NCBI RefSeq assembly: GCF_009914755.1
Contig: NC_060925.1
Source: the human T2T-CHM13v2.0 reference genome, Homo sapiens
Length of the DNA stretch: 64,000 nt
Strand: one strand, 5' to 3'
Under the pieces are notes generated by a model. It saw only the letters and a program-made list of their open reading frames with translations, made no database searches and was not told the DNA's origin. The number at the start of each line of letters is the position of its first letter. Position 1 is the stretch's first letter. A program made the translations under genes and the position numbers. Of the stretch, positions 1-16,304 are shown piece after piece.

Positions 1-3
1 TTC

Positions 4-136
4 TTTTTTTTTTTTTTGTAGGGACGGGGTCTCAGTATGCTGCTCAAGCTGGTCTCGTACTCCTAGGCTCAAGAGATCTCCCTTCCTTGGCCTCCCAAAG
101 TGCTGGGATTACAGGCACGAACCACTGCACTGGGCC
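4..136 (-). mobile_element. Alu left arm / FLAM (may be cut by the window edge)
   Basis: cccaaagtgctgggattacagg and T tract. Confidence 0.85.
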
Positions 137-559
137 TATTTTCTTGACTGTGAGTAATACATGTACCATTTAGAAAGAATCACCTTATTAATATTGCTAT
201 AGACCTTCTTACTTATGTACCTTTACATGAAAATATATTGTGTTAAAAATAATTAGATCATACCATAACCATAATGTTTTGAAACTTTATTTTACTAAAA
301 AATATATCATGAATGTAGTTCAATGACAGTCAACAGATGTACATCATCATCATCAATCTTAATATTACATAGTTTTCTATTTTATGGAGTAGTATAATTT
401 GATCAGTTTCTATTTTAAGACTTTAGATGGTTTCTAATTTTTGTCTTAATAAACCACATTTGATAAATATATTTTTATAATACCTCTGCTTTCTTGTCTG
501 ATCACTGTTTTAGGAAAATTTCTTAGAAGTATAATCTTTACATGATTTTTCACTCATAG

Positions 560-2290
560 CCACTCTTTCATCTAGAAAAACTCTACCAATTTATACTCCA
601 CCCCACCCCCAACAGGAATGGCATAAAAGTCTATTTAAAATAATTTTAAATTTGTTTTTATTAAATATTAAATACATACAAATAATATTTCTAATGTGAA
701 GGACGTAAAGAATACACAGATATTTATCTGTGAACCCACCATCTAGCTTCAGAGCTAGAATATCACCAGTCTCCTAGAAGCCCCCCTGTGCCTTCTCTGA
801 CCCCATCCCTGCACTCCTCCTCCTCAGAAGAAGAATCCACTTTCCTAAACTGTGTCTCTACCAGTTCCTTGCTTTTAGTTAGTTTTACCACATATGCTTG
901 TATCCTTTAACAATATGTGCCTTAGTTCTGCATATTTTTCCTTTATAGAAATTAAATTGTACTTATGTATTCTTTTATAACTTGCTTTAAAAAATTTGTA
1001 AATGAAGTATGTCACACATTCAAATGCCTTCCCTGCTGGCAGCTCAGAAAGTGCTGGACAAAGGAGAAGGAGATGATACCAGACCCATTTCTTAGAAATC
1101 TGTAAACCTGTATTTGCCTGCGTGCTACACTAAATATTGTATACAATGAAGGGGGCCTTGCATTTTGAGGGGCTTCCTCTCATGTTTCAGAATGTTAATG
1201 ATAAGAAAATGTATTCTTACATTATTTTTCTATGCCTCTAATATATCTTGGAAAGTAAGCAATTGAGGTGATTTTTCTTATACTGCAGACCTATTAAAAA
1301 TAATTGAAATATATCTTTTGATTATTTTCTTTTGTTTAATTTTTTTAGAGAAGTGCATGTATATTAAGTTCAGCGTGGTGCATTTTCTGAGGGAGCACAT
1401 GCCTAGATCAAGACACAAAACATTACTAGCACCCCAGAAACCCTTTTGACTCCCTCCCAGTTACTGTCTTTGTCTGAAAGGAACCACTATTCTGACTTCT
1501 AACACCATACAATTTATACAAATGGAATTAGAGTGACTGACTTCACACGCTCAACTTTATGTTCATGCCTCTTGCTATATGTAGCTACAATTCACTCATT
1601 TTTACCACTGTATAGTGTTCTATTATACAAATATATAATTTATATATCTATGTATCTATTGATGGATATTTGGGTTTCTTCCAGCATTTGCTCTTATAAA
1701 CAGGGGTGTTCTAAGCATTCTCCTATGTGTCTTCTTATGCCCAGGTGCAAAGGTTTCTTTAGGAGAAACTAGGAATGGAACTGCAGGGTCATAGAATATA
1801 GTTATTGTTTGCTTTAGAACACGAACTCACCACTTACCACTCAATGTCATACATGAACTCACCACTTACCACTAAAAAAAAATTGGCCAATCTAATAGGT
1901 AAAAATTAAATTCATTGCTTAAATTTGCATTTTTAAATTATATTTATTTCACTATTACTTTTTTTTTTTTTTAACTCCTGGACTTAAGCAATTCCTCCCA
2001 TCTCAGCCTCCCGAGTAGCTGGGACTACAGGCAGGCCCACTGCTCATAGCTACATTATTACATTTTTTTTTTTAGCTGTTCATTGGTCATTTTTATTTTT
2101 TCTTTTGTGGATTCTTTGTGTTCTCAATTTCCCATGCTAGTTGCTGATCTTTTTCTTAATGATTTGTAAATGCCTTTATATATTAAGGATATTACTCTGA
2201 TATCTATTATGAATGCTGCAAATATATTCCCTATAATTTATTCTATCTTAGAGTTTGGCTTATGATACTTTTTGCCATTTAATGTTTTAT
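560..2290 (-). mobile_element. Degenerate old L1M fragments with a short Alu remnant (~1960-2050)
   Basis: AT-rich L1 3'-region-like phrases (tacaaatggaat, ttgatggatatttgggtttcttcc, tttatatattaaggatatta); boundaries approximate. Confidence 0.55.
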
Positions 2291-4316
2291 TTCTTTCCCC
2301 TGGGATGTGCAAACTCCAGAGAAATGGGGTCAGTGCTCCCCCATTTCAAGTTTTAAATTAAAATTTTTGTCCAATTAGTGCCATCATTCTTTTTTTCTTA
2401 CAGGCTCTGCCCTTTCTGCTGTTGGAAGCAGGTTTAAACATGCTTTTCTACTCCAGGATGACGCATTTGTTAAGGTGACTTTTTATTTTTCATATTTACT
2501 GAGTAACTGGTTTTCCCAAGTTGCTGTCCAGAGATAGCAGTGGCTGGGTCAGGGTGTGACCTGCTATGCAGACTTTAGAAGCAGAAGTGATGATGCAGCT
2601 TCTGTTATCTGGAGATCTGTTTTCATCACACAGAGGATGATAAGTGAATTCACTTGTGTGCTAAGGCCAGTCCTTTGCTTCTTATGCAAAGGATGTGGAA
2701 ATAATAGTCCTTTCTCCCTAGAACCCAGCAGGTAGGCTGGGCTCATTACAACAGGGAAATTTCACCAAAGCAAGAACACCTGAGGGACAAAACTGGCCTG
2801 CCAAGACCAACCAAATGAACTCTCCAGCAATTGCCTGGCATGGGCTCCCCTCCCACAGGGGTTGCTGATTGCTCAGGCTTTTATAATTCTTGAGCCCTGT
2901 TCCAAGGAGTTTTTGTGGTTTAAATCAATATGCTTCTGGGAATAAGTGCCCTTATTATTTCCTCGTTCACATTATTTGCTGTGCTCTTATAGCACCCTGA
3001 CATAATATTCTTTGTGCTGCAGTACAATAACAGTCCTTTCAGGAATCTCTAACAGCTTTCTAATTAGGACCTACAACCTCACGACAGATGGAGAACATGA
3101 AGCCCAGAGACAGGGATGGTGAGGCTTCACCTTGGTCACAAAAGAGCCAAGCTTCAGGGCCTATGGGCTACACTGCTTATCTAGCAGTGATTGCAGAATT
3201 ATAAGGCTGCTTCAGGGCATGGCAGGGAATGCTGGATCCTTTGCAGTAAGGCTTAGGGGCACCCGCTATTGAACTAGCCTCTGCCATTTCTAGCCACACC
3301 CAGGAATCGGTTGAGCAATAGCTCTTGTGTTTACAGCCACTTCTCAGTGGCAAGGCTCAGACCGGAAACTGCATGAAGGCTAGGTAATTTGACACTGAAT
3401 TTTGCGTTAAATAGTTAAACTTTCTTGATTACCTACCATGTGCCAGCCACCATGTTGAGCACCAGGAAGGCAAAGATGAACTCCCAATCCCTCCCTTTGG
3501 ATATTTACAGTCTAGAAGAGGAGACAGATCTGTGAGCAGAACATTATAAAGTTATCAGAAGCCGGGTGCTTTACTAGAGAGTAGAACAGAAGGCCAGTAG
3601 TACTCAGCCCCGGGGCCTTCAGTGTTCTTCCTGCTTCCTGGAAAGGAGGACTTTTGACTTGGGTAAATCATAGGAGATGGGCTGGAGCTTGCTGGGCAGA
3701 GTTGGGAGAGAAGTGCGTTGCATGCTGAGAGCCAAGCACCGACAAAGGCCCAGAGACGTGCAATGTACTGGGGTTCAGGGAGCAATGAGAAAGTCAGCAT
3801 GTCCAAAGTGGCCATGGTCATCCCACTGTTCTTTCTCTTGTCTATTATTACAACAAAAATCTCTCTGTCTATGCTCAATATTTTATTTCGGATGTTGAAA
3901 AGGCTGAACATTGTTTTTGTCTTTGCCTTGTTGCTTTAACCCTTCATTTCTCCTCAGGGACTTGTGGGTGCCTCTGAGGAGGGAAAGGTCACGTATCTTT
4001 CCTGAAAAAAAAGCACAAAGATGAATATCTCACTGCAGTATGAGGACACAAGGTGGGGCAGTTCAGGGAATTTGGGGCAGGAACCCAGCTGGGCTTTCTT
4101 TTACCATCTTTACAGCAGAAAACATGGCCTTGGAAAGCTTCCAAGGTTACCTGTCCAGATCCAGTCATCCAGAGGGAGGTCCTGTGGTTCAAAGCTTGTT
4201 GCAGAATCCATAGATGAAAACACATGGCAGGTAGGGGTGTGAGGGGAAAACACGAGCTGGCAAGCAACCTAACACACGGCCCACGTAGGAGCAGAAGCCT
4301 CAGATTTGAGCTTTAG

Positions 4317-4698
<382 letters not shown>

Positions 4699-5777
4699 TC
4701 TTTGTCTTTGTTTTCCCTGGTGTCTTCCTTGCTCACTCCACCTTCCACAGGGTCTTCCAGGTTTCATATACCTCCTTAGTCAACACAAATAATGTGTGTC
4801 CTGCTCAAGTCTCCCTCAGTGCCACTTGGACACCTCAGCTAGACCTTGGCACCACGGACACTCACTGAGTACCCTGACATAGGTGACAACATCTGGGAGC
4901 TTCCTGGGGGCAGGGACTCTGTCCCTGCTACACATATACATGATGATTTGCACATAGTAGATAGTCTAGGAAAAAGAAGGGCCAGGAGGGAGGAAAGATG
5001 GACAGGGAAGAACCTAGCTGGAAACTGAAACCCCAGCCATCCAAAGCAACAACATATTCTAAATTCTGACCAAGAGGAGGCTGCTGCTGGAGGAGGGTGA
5101 GAATGACTAGGAGGAAAGAGATAGATAAGTACTCTTAAAAAAAATTAAAAAAATTAAAACTTTCTTGCAAGTTTTAGTCACTGCCCACTCCCTCCTACCT
5201 CAGCCCTCAGTTCAGAGCCTCAGCTGCACTTGAGGCCCACGGTGAGCCTCTGTGATACTAGCAGGCCCTGCTCCAGCCTCTCCACTGCTCAGAGCTCAGA
5301 CAGCTTGCCTCTCTGCCTCAGTCTCCGAGGCGAACACTGGGGATGGCCAGCAGGCAGATCAGCCAGGATTGCTTCAAGCCAGGGTGAGAACCAGGGCTGG
5401 AGGCCAGAATAGCCAGGGAGCTGATGGGAGGCATGGGGCAGTGGAGGGAGCTGGCTGCTCCTGGCAGGACATGGTAACATTAGCCTCCATTTGTCTACAG
5501 TGCCTCCGACCCCAGGGCCATGCAGCTAGACTGCTTCACACAGATGGATTGGGATACGGGCTATGGAGGAATACTGAGTATTGTGTCTGGCTAGAAATCA
5601 GGACATGGAAGGACGAACAGGTTTTTCACGGATGGAGGGAAGAGTGTTCAGATAGAGGGAAAATATGAGCAAAGCCACAAAGGTAAGATAGTGCAAACTG
5701 AGCTCATGGAATGCCCAGGGTGCCAGTTTTACTGCGGGCTGGGATACACACAGAGGGCCGTAGAAAAGAGAGGTCTG

Positions 5778-6120
<343 letters not shown>

Positions 6121-6202
6121 TCAATGATATATTGAAGAATGTGCACTGTATTGGGAACCCAGTTTTGTTTTTTTTTTTTTTTTAACAAGAAGAGTGAATT
6201 GC

Positions 6203-6502
6203 AGCTGGCGCGGGGGCTCACATATGTAATCCCAGCACTTTGGGAGGCCAAGGTGGGTGGATTGCTTGAGCCCAAAAGTTTGAGACCAGCCTGGGCAACG
6301 TGGTGAAACCCCGCCTCTACAAAAAAATACAAAAAATTAGCCCGATGTGGTGGCACGCGCCTGTAATCCCAGCTACCCAGGAAGCTGAGGTGGGGGATCC
6401 CTTGAACCCAGGAGGTCAGGGCTGCAGTGAGCTGTGATCGTGCCACTGCACTCCAGCCTGGGCAACAGAGTAAGACTCTGTCTAGATTTAAAAAAAAAAA
6501 AA
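6203..6502 (+). mobile_element. AluJ
   Basis: Dimer with gattgcttgagccc; TSD-like aagaagagtgaattg / aagaagaatgaattg. Confidence 0.9.
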
Positions 6503-7834
6503 AAGAAGAATGAATTGGGAAGCAATGGTAAGAAAGGTTCACTCAGAGGAGACTGAAACTAGCAGCAAGGAAATTAGGAAGTGAAAGCAATATTCCAGGA
6601 AGACATAATGAGGTTGTGAACTAGGATGATGGTAGTGGGAAAAGAAAGAAAGCACGTTGTGAAGAACAGCACCCCGTTCCCCAAAAGTAGGACAGCTCCT
6701 CTCCCTGCATGAACACCTATCTCACAGAAACATGCAGACACACACACTTAGGAGGTGAGAGAAAACACAGCCTCTTCACCGTCACTCTCTTCTCAGCTGT
6801 CAACCCCAGCCCTCCCCAACTCCACCCCCACTCCACCCCCACCACTTCTCTGTGCACCCTTCTCCTGTTCCCTCCATCCCATTCTGGGCAATGGCTGGAG
6901 GCATCCGCTCTAAGGACAGAAAGAGTCACACGAAGGTTATTTATATCTGCGGCTGCACTGCCTGAGCCCTTAGTCTCGAAGGCATGTGTTTGGTGGGGAG
7001 CTGGGCCACAACGCATCTCCCAGGCAAAGCCCTCCTGCTGGGAAGTCTGCAGCTGTGGCCTCCATGAAATCTTGCTGATAAAATAGGGCCAAGAGGTCAT
7101 AGAGTCCATTCCTCTGCCTCCAGAGAGGCTCTTGGCAAATGCACCTCTGTGATTGAACAGGCTTCCTGTCTTAAGGCCCTTCAGAAGCACCCATGAAGCC
7201 TGAATGCTTCCTTCTTTCAGTATGTAATTGTTTCTAGAGTTCACTAAGTTCTTCCTTATACTCAATGTAAACTTCCTACGTGAAGCAAGCCTCCTTGCTT
7301 CTTGCTCCATTTTTGGGGGGTGGCAAACTCTCCAAAACCTTGTTAGTAGGGAAAGAGTTCTGATCAGTTAGGTATGAAGCACCCATTGAACCTTGGGGCT
7401 TATGTCCAGTAGATTTGATGGTGCAAACTAACTTTGGATATAAGCCCATTTATTTTGCAGTTGACCAAATAAGTCTCAGAAAGAATGACAGGATGTCTGG
7501 GTCGGCTCACTGCACTGGTGATACTTCTCCCATATCTTCCTGGCACTCCCCTGCCCCCTCTCTCACTTCCCCAGGGATCAATACTTGTGCTGACAGGGAA
7601 GGCTGAGAGATGGAAATACCCTCCTCCCAACAGAAAAGGATACATTCCTCTTGAGTCTAAGAGCTTTTAGTCCCTTCTAGGTCCTCAAATGAGACCTGGA
7701 ACGTCATCCTTCTTTAAGGCAGAGATGACCTGAAATGTCACTGTTTTGTAGGGCTGAAGTTCCTGTCCCCGCTGCTCTCTGGGCCACTGGGCCAGGCTGG
7801 CCAATCCACCACTGAGGAGGAAGGCAACCAATAT

Positions 7835-7960
7835 CTGTTGGGCACCCGCCAGGCACCAGGCTTTGTGAGTGTTATCACATTTAATCTTCACAACTCTTCA
7901 ACAGGGTAACTATGAGCCCCCTTTCACAGATGAAGAGGCCAAGGCTCAGAGAGATGTGAT
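7835..7960. mobile_element. MIR fragment
   Basis: catttaatcttcacaac...tttcacagatgaagaggccaaggctcagagag MIR core. Confidence 0.7.
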
Positions 7961-10917
7961 GAGAAGAAACAGAGACTCGGAGAATAGCCAGGTGGCTGAT
8001 ATAGGGTGTGGGACAGTGGAGAGAGCTGTTCGTTCCCATTAACAGGACCTGATAACATTAGCCACCATTTATCCACATTGCAGCCAACCCCAGGGTCGGG
8101 CAGCTGAGTGTACACAATACTGGTTACAGAGAAATATGAAGGATCGTGCTTGGTTAGACAAATCAGGGTCAGGGTGTTTCTATAGGGTCTGGAAAGACAG
8201 ATGGGTTTTTCTATGTGGAATAGTTGGTGTCAGGGGAGACTGAATTCTGACAGGAGTTATTTCCCTCTGGCCAAAGCTTTGTGGGAGTTTCCCATCTTCC
8301 CCAATCACAGAGAATTGAAGCAGGCTTAAGATTGCAGTGAGAGGCTGAAGTGGGAGGATCGCTTGAACTCAGGTTGAGGCCGCAGTGAGCTATTATTGCG
8401 CCATTAAGCTCCAGCCTGGGTGACAGACCCCTCATTTTTAAAAAGTAAAAATTAAAAGATTGCAATGAGTGGTTTAGGTTGGATATAAGAAAAACTTAGT
8501 GGGTTGTGAGGATGGTTAAATACCAAAGGAGACACAGGGTGAGTGAGCCTTTGTGAAGGGCTGCACAGGGAACTGCAGTGGCTCTGCCCTGGGGAGTCCT
8601 GTCCAAACCCATTCCTTTCTCCTTTCACTGGAGAACATGATCAGCCACGTGAGGAAGCTCAGGCTCACCCTGAATAGTCACGGTCAGAATGTGTTTCTCA
8701 CCACCCTCCCTCCCATGGTCTCTGCAGGAAAGAGGGGGTGGCATGGCCGTGAACCCCAGGAGCTTGGCCACCACTGTATTCCCAGCACCTGCTATGCTGT
8801 GTGTGTTTGACAGACATCTCGTGCATGAATCAAAGAATACCTTCTCAAAATGGTTTATGCCCTTGCTGGCCATGCCTTTAGCATACATCCGGAAAATCTG
8901 TGTTCGAATTCCTTCTCTGACAAATGCTGATTGAGCTGCAGTGCCTTGTGATGTCAGCTGAGTTACCTTCAGTGCTCAGGAGTGTTTTCTTTTCATCAGC
9001 TACTCCTGGTCAGCCACTTGGGAGTGGGTGGGGGGCAGGGGGAATTAGTGCCTAGGACAGATTCTCAGGCCCTCTCATGTGTCAACAGCCCTCAAGGAGA
9101 TTCCAGATGTGCTCACTCTCAGAGACAACAATTCTAGCCAGGCTAATATGCTTTTGAGCATCCCAAGGGACATGGTAACCATTGAGTAGGATAGCTCTGA
9201 TGTTGCTGAAGGGATTCTGTGACTATACTTATTTCTCCCTAATACTCCAATACCTTGAAATGTGACACGGAGGGGTTCAAATCATCCAGCAGCCTGGCCA
9301 GAGGCAGCAGCAGTTTCTGTAAGGAGACAGTATTTAACTTTTTTTTAAGTGTAAACTCCTGTCTCCTTGAAGTTAAATATTTCCTTCACACTTTAGGGGC
9401 CTTTTTTTTTTCGAAATGCTCTTTTGCCCCTCTCTGGATAACAAGTAGTAGGTGCTCAATTGTTTGAATTACATCAAGAAGAGGCTGAGAAGGGACACAC
9501 GCATTCTAAATGCTGCAAAAGAAGAAAATGCCAAACGATGGCCAGTTTTTAAATTACTTAAGATCCTCTCCCGAGTGTTACATACAAGGGGACACTATCA
9601 TGAATTTCAGAAATGGCACTCTTTTGTGTTTTGTCACTTTTTTTAAGCCCTCGCCACATTTTCTAAAAATAGGCCTTATTCTGTCCAGTGAGACTCCAAG
9701 TTGCTTGGGGGTTCTCCCTGTCAGTTTCCTTTTGACTCTCCCACGGCCAGCTCAGGCCTGGCGATGTGTTGTGCTCTCACAGGGAGAGTCCCTCTCCTCC
9801 ATTTGCATTTCCACAGTAGTCTTCTCTTCTGCTTCTCCTGTGAACCTCCTAATCACAGGATGTCCGCTTTTGCTGGTGGGTGGGATATGAAGGCAAAGCA
9901 AGGCAGGAGCAAGTGTTAACAATTCATCATCACTTTCCTCATCTCACTACTCTTTCATGCCATCAGGGCAAGATGACATAAATAGAAAGCATCATTAGCT
10001 CCACTGCTTCCAGTGGGGGATGGAGGGAAACTCCAGCCTATTTTCACCTTCCATGGTCTTAGGAAACAGGAGAGGGTAGACACCGGTATCTTCTCATAAT
10101 TCCTTAGTGTAATTTAGTTCCCTTTTATTTGTCCTAATCCTTTACACATTTTTAACTCATCACCACAAATAAATTCATCAAAACCCTCAAATGAAATCAC
10201 CAAGAAAACCAAAGAAAGTTGAGTTAGAGAGTATTTCTTCTCTGCATACCATGTAATTTTCTTCAAAACATCCTTTCTGGGTATTTGAGATGCTCATTTT
10301 TTTCCTGATTGTTATAATTCATTTGGCATTACCCCATCTTTATTAATTTTACTTAAAAAATTATCTGGAAAGAACAACAAAATATTTTTAGAACAGCAAA
10401 TTTCAAAAATGATGCCCAAAGGAAAAAACGGTTCTGGAAAAGGGGGAAATGGGGACATGTCTCTGGGAGCAACAGTGCTGATGAGAAGGCTCAGGGCCCC
10501 AAAGTGGGTGGCGACACAGCAAACAGACACATTCTACGCGAAAAACATGGCAAAACGACGGAAGCCATGGAAAAGTTAAAATCTAGTATGAGACTCAATG
10601 AAGTGTCTCCACAATATAGTGAAGATAAAAGCCAGGCCAGGGGACGACTTGGGTAAGGAGGATAATGACCCAGACCCCCGCTTTTCAAGAAGCAGCATTT
10701 GCCTTGCCTGTAAGTGGGATGGGTAAGCCTGTGTTTACAGATCCTTCCATAAAGACAAAATCTGGATATCATATTATTATGGTTGAAGGAAGAAAATAAA
10801 ATCAAATTAAGCCAACTCACCAGACTTTAGACTTCTCACTACATCTCATCATACTGTTATTGTCTATGTGACTGGTAAAGGCTAAGTCCAAGGCATTGTG
10901 CAAAGAACAGGGTTTGA

Positions 10918-11225
<308 letters not shown>

Positions 11226-11413
11226 TCAACATAGTATTTAATACTAGAAGCAAAGCAAACGCATGAACCTAAATACCCTCCTTGTCATCTATACACTCTT
11301 TCGTGTGGAACTTTTAGTGAGTCAAAGAATTCCAATGTAGGCCCCCTTATCTAGAAATCCACTTAAGGGTCATCTAGGTCTTAAGGTAACAGTTCTCATT
11401 TTTTCATTTTTCA

Positions 11414-11950
<537 letters not shown>

Positions 11951-12544
11951 GTGCCTATACTCTACATACCAAGTGCCAGGTCATCTTATTCTCAATATTC
12001 TGTTGGCAGGTATTGGCACAGAAAGATCAAGTGACTTATCTAAGGATTAATGATGAGTCTTATAAATAGAATTTAAACTGACTTCTCTGGGACCCTAGTC
12101 TGAGGATCTTGTCTAATTGGTTTGTTCTTCTCTGAACAGTATCTTAACATGAGAAATGGCATATTCCCCAGTTGCAAATTGCCTGCTATCTTGGTTGGTT
12201 TGCGCTAGAAAGGTTATGTCTGAAGGTCTTAGTTTAAGCTGGAATACATTAATTTCTGAATAGTCAACATTCTATTGCTATCATCACTGAAGGCAATCAG
12301 CAGAATGTATTTACATATATTTCCTTGTATGTCTGCCTTTACATATTTTAATTAAATGATTTATAGCATAGTAGACAGAAATTCTATTTTGTTTAGATCA
12401 TTATTACTCAATGTACCCAAATTGCATTAGGAAAGATAGCTTAAATGTGTTTAATAGCAGAGACAAGGTAATAAAATGCTCAGTGAGAACTGATCTAACA
12501 CTTTGGAAAAAAAAATACTAAGGAGGATAATGACAGTAGTAGTA

Positions 12545-12780
12545 ATAATAAAAGCAAATGCTTATATATCTGTTTTACTATATGCCAAGCATGTTCTAAG
12601 TAAATTCTATACTAACTCACTTAATTCTCATACCTACCCCATGAAACACTAATATGTTTCTCTATTAGGAATAAGGAAATTGAGGCATAGAGAGACTAAG
12701 TAGCTTGTCCAAGGTCATAAAGTTAAGATTGGAACCTCGGCAGTATGGCCCCAAAGGCTGGTGCTCTCAGTCACTGGACT
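12545..12780. mobile_element. MIR
   Basis: ataaggaaattgaggcatagagagactaagtagcttgtccaaggtca core. Confidence 0.7.
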
Positions 12781-12783
12781 ACA

Positions 12784-13081
12784 CAGCAGTCCCCCTTATC
12801 AGTAGGAGATACGTTCCAAGATCCCCAGTGGATGCCTATGACTGAGGATAGTACCAAACCCTATATACACTACATTTTTTCCTATACATACACACCTATG
12901 CCAAAGTTTAATTTATAAAATAGGCACAGTAAAGAGATTAAGTGATTATAAAATAGAACAATTGTAACAATATACTGTAATAAAAATTATGTGAATGTGG
13001 TCTATCTTCACCTCTGGGAACTGAAACTGAAAAGCAAAGTGAAAGTGAAAAGCAAAAACTGCAGATAAGGAAACACTACTG
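12784..13081. mobile_element. MER44A-like Tigger MITE
   Basis: Terminal inverted repeats cagcagtcccccttatc ... gataaggaaacactactg; internal ttccaagatccccagtggatgcct. Confidence 0.8.
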
Positions 13082-13448
13082 CACTGCAAAGTGACGAAGC
13101 ACTGAGAAAAACTAGTCCTGTCTTCCTAGCTTTAACCAGCAAGTGCCCTTCATATTTCTAAATTTAGGGAACATGCCCACTTCACAATTAGTATGCATCT
13201 TTCTTTTCTGCATCTCATTTTTCTTTTCATTCATTAGTGTAGTGTTGAAGTTATAAACAGCTTCCCCCACCACAAATAACCATTTAACAGTTGATGCCAA
13301 AAATTCAGTAGATATTTTACTAAACAAAATCAGAGTTCCAATCCTGGATCTAATGGACATACTAAAATAAGTCTTTCTTGCTTCAGAGTTATGTTCAGTT
13401 CAGTTATACTCTGAACTTCTTGGACTTGCTTTTATTTTAATAATTCCT

Positions 13449-13819
<371 letters not shown>

Positions 13820-14582
13820 TTAAGAACATAACATTTGGGAAGTTCTCAAAGGGAATTGATGGCTTACAAGATTTGCTTCTTTTTTGGAGAAATCTACCTT
13901 GAATGGCACCAGAAGCTTGAAATCCACATTGTAAACTTTAACCCTGAAAATAGCCACTTAATTACAAATAAAAAAGATCTCCAATTTAAGAAATGTTTTT
14001 GTTTGTTTTTAGTCTTTCAGTCACTTGATAATACAACTCTAGGCTGGAATCCAGAAAACCAGTCTAATTCAGTCACTTGACAGACAAAAAAAAAAACCCC
14101 TAAGATGTAGAGGTAAAGTGACTTGCTTGGTCACACAGCTAATTCACCAGAACCAAGAGTGAAACCCAGGCTTTCTGATTCAGCTGTTTCCACACCTGGT
14201 AAAAGAACAAGGGGTTCTGCACTGCTCTGGCAATTTTTCCTAAGCACGTGTTCCCAGGTGCTGAGATGACTGTGTAGGTTGTGTGAACCTCATACAACTG
14301 GGCTGCATCTGAAGAGATGTCATTCAACCGTGGACACTGTAGATCTGTACACATTTTATGAGAATGTTCTGGCTGTTAGCAGTACAATGGGTTGTGCTCA
14401 TGAAGGCAAGCAATCTTGGAGAGACCCAAGTTGCAAATCACTTCTCAGTCCCAGAGGCCGCATGACAAGAAAGAAAAAAAAAACAACAACCCCTTTTTAT
14501 TTTTTATCTTAAGCTCCATTCTCCTTTGAATTAATGTTGACTTTGAAGAGAAAAAGGCAAAACACAAGCAAAGAAACAGATA

Positions 14583-14588
14583 TTTATT
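14583..14588 (-). terminator. Poly(A) signal AATAAA of INTS7
   Basis: AATAAA on the minus strand followed by a GU/U-rich downstream element (tctgtttctttgcttgtgttttg). A second AATAAA lies at 14496-14501. Confidence 0.8.
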
Positions 14589-15530
14589 TAAAAAGGAAAT
14601 TCCAGGGAAAGTACCCTGCTTTACCTTAGGAGCTGCATCCGGCCAAATTACTTATAGCATCGGCATCTGCAACCATATGATCCCTGATGTTTAGAAATCG
14701 TGATCCTGAAGCCCTAAATGATCCCCAATCAAAAAGCAGTTAAGTTATATCTACCATACTGTGCTAAGAAAGTCTATTTTATCATGGTTTTCAACCAGAA
14801 TTAAAATAGGAAAAAAAGGGGTTTTCTGGCTAACCAGAAAACTCTGTTCCCTGAGCATCCCAACAAACTGAGCCTGTGTAATAAAGAGACTGCTCTCTCT
14901 AAACAATCAGTCTAGCATAACTCATCAAGTATAAACCAAACCAATCACCAACCAAAGGAAAAGATCCACCCCTTCTAACTTAAAACATTGAAGATATTAA
15001 ATGAGTGTTCTTCACTTTTGGAAACAATGTGAAATGTCTGTATTATACACAGTTGCAGACACATCAGAAAAAACAAATTAATTTTCTATGAAATTGCTAG
15101 CTGCTCTTTGTTTCAATTAAATATGAAAATAATAAAGACTGCTTTAGCACAGGAAGAGATAAATATGTGGTTGAACTAATACAGCAGGATGTTTCAATAC
15201 TGTTAGACTGTGGGCTTTCATAATCCAGAAGGCTGGATGTTGCACGGAACACTTTCAAGTCCATCTACAGAAGGACTCAGGTTCTGCTACCATGGATAAA
15301 CCTTGTAGTGACTGGTCAGAACCTCCCAATGAACAACTCAGAATCCTAGGTCTAAGTCAGGCAGCAAATGATGTATTTTGGAAGAGTAGCGGTCAAATTT
15401 ACCAATTCAGTGATCTCAACATGTGACTATTCTTGAAAGAAAAAAAAGCTTGGCAACAGAAAAAACTAATAATAAAACAAGAAAGAACAATCTTTCTGGC
15501 CAGGATCCCAGTTATTTTTCAGACAAAATG

Positions 15531-15817
<287 letters not shown>

Positions 15818-15987
15818 GTCAGACAAAATTTTTAAGAAAACAAAATTTTTTCCAGAATATTACATTACAAAAATCAATGAATAAATGAACTACACTGTAA
15901 CTTTAATACTTATTCCATATGAAAAACCAAACTGTTTCTGGCAATTTGATTGATCTCTTGAGAGTCTGCAGTGCATTCATTCCATGG

Positions 15988-16275
15988 TTAAAACCGTGTG
16001 TAGGCATTGCGTTGCTGCTGCTGCTGTAATGGCTGCTGGGCTTGCTGCTGTTGTAAGCGAATTTGCTGGGAATAAGGGTCTTCCAGGGATTTTACAAATA
16101 TGGTAGTTCTGGGACCAGTCTTCCATACTATACCATTGGCATCTTTCACAGAAGATTCCACTGTAATGTTGTGTGTTCCAAGGATAGCAAAGTTCAACAG
16201 AAATTGAGTACTGAAGTAATCATTATGAGGTTCAACCCTTTGCTCCATCTCATTGGTCATGTTGTCAATGGGTAT
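15988..16275 (-). CDS. INTS7: INTS7 terminal coding exon, 288 nt, IPIDNMTN...RNAYTRF*
   Basis: ttgcag|ATA acceptor, TAA stop at 15990-15988; Gln-rich tail. Confidence 0.97.
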   Translation of the reverse strand: MPIDNMTNEMEQRVEPHNDYFSTQFLLNFAILGTHNITVESSVKDANGIVWKTGPRTTIFVKSLEDPYSQQIRLQQQQAQQPLQQQQQRNAYTRF

Positions 16276-16304
16276 CTGCAATGAAACAATTGTTAACTAA
16301 CAAC

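Noticed and set aside
6709-7310. 197-aa minus ORF and overlapping 125-aa plus ORF
   Set aside because: No recognisable domain or exon context; compatible with chance in GC-richer intergenic DNA. A BLASTp or PhyloCSF signal would be needed.
9284-9313. CTCF-like motif (ccagcagcctggccagaggcagcag)
   Set aside because: Only a partial match to the core; not supportable without PWM scoring or ChIP data.
10500-10700. Local CpG cluster with an ETS-like acggaag as a promoter
   Set aside because: Too short and sparse for a CpG island; no supporting exon structure.
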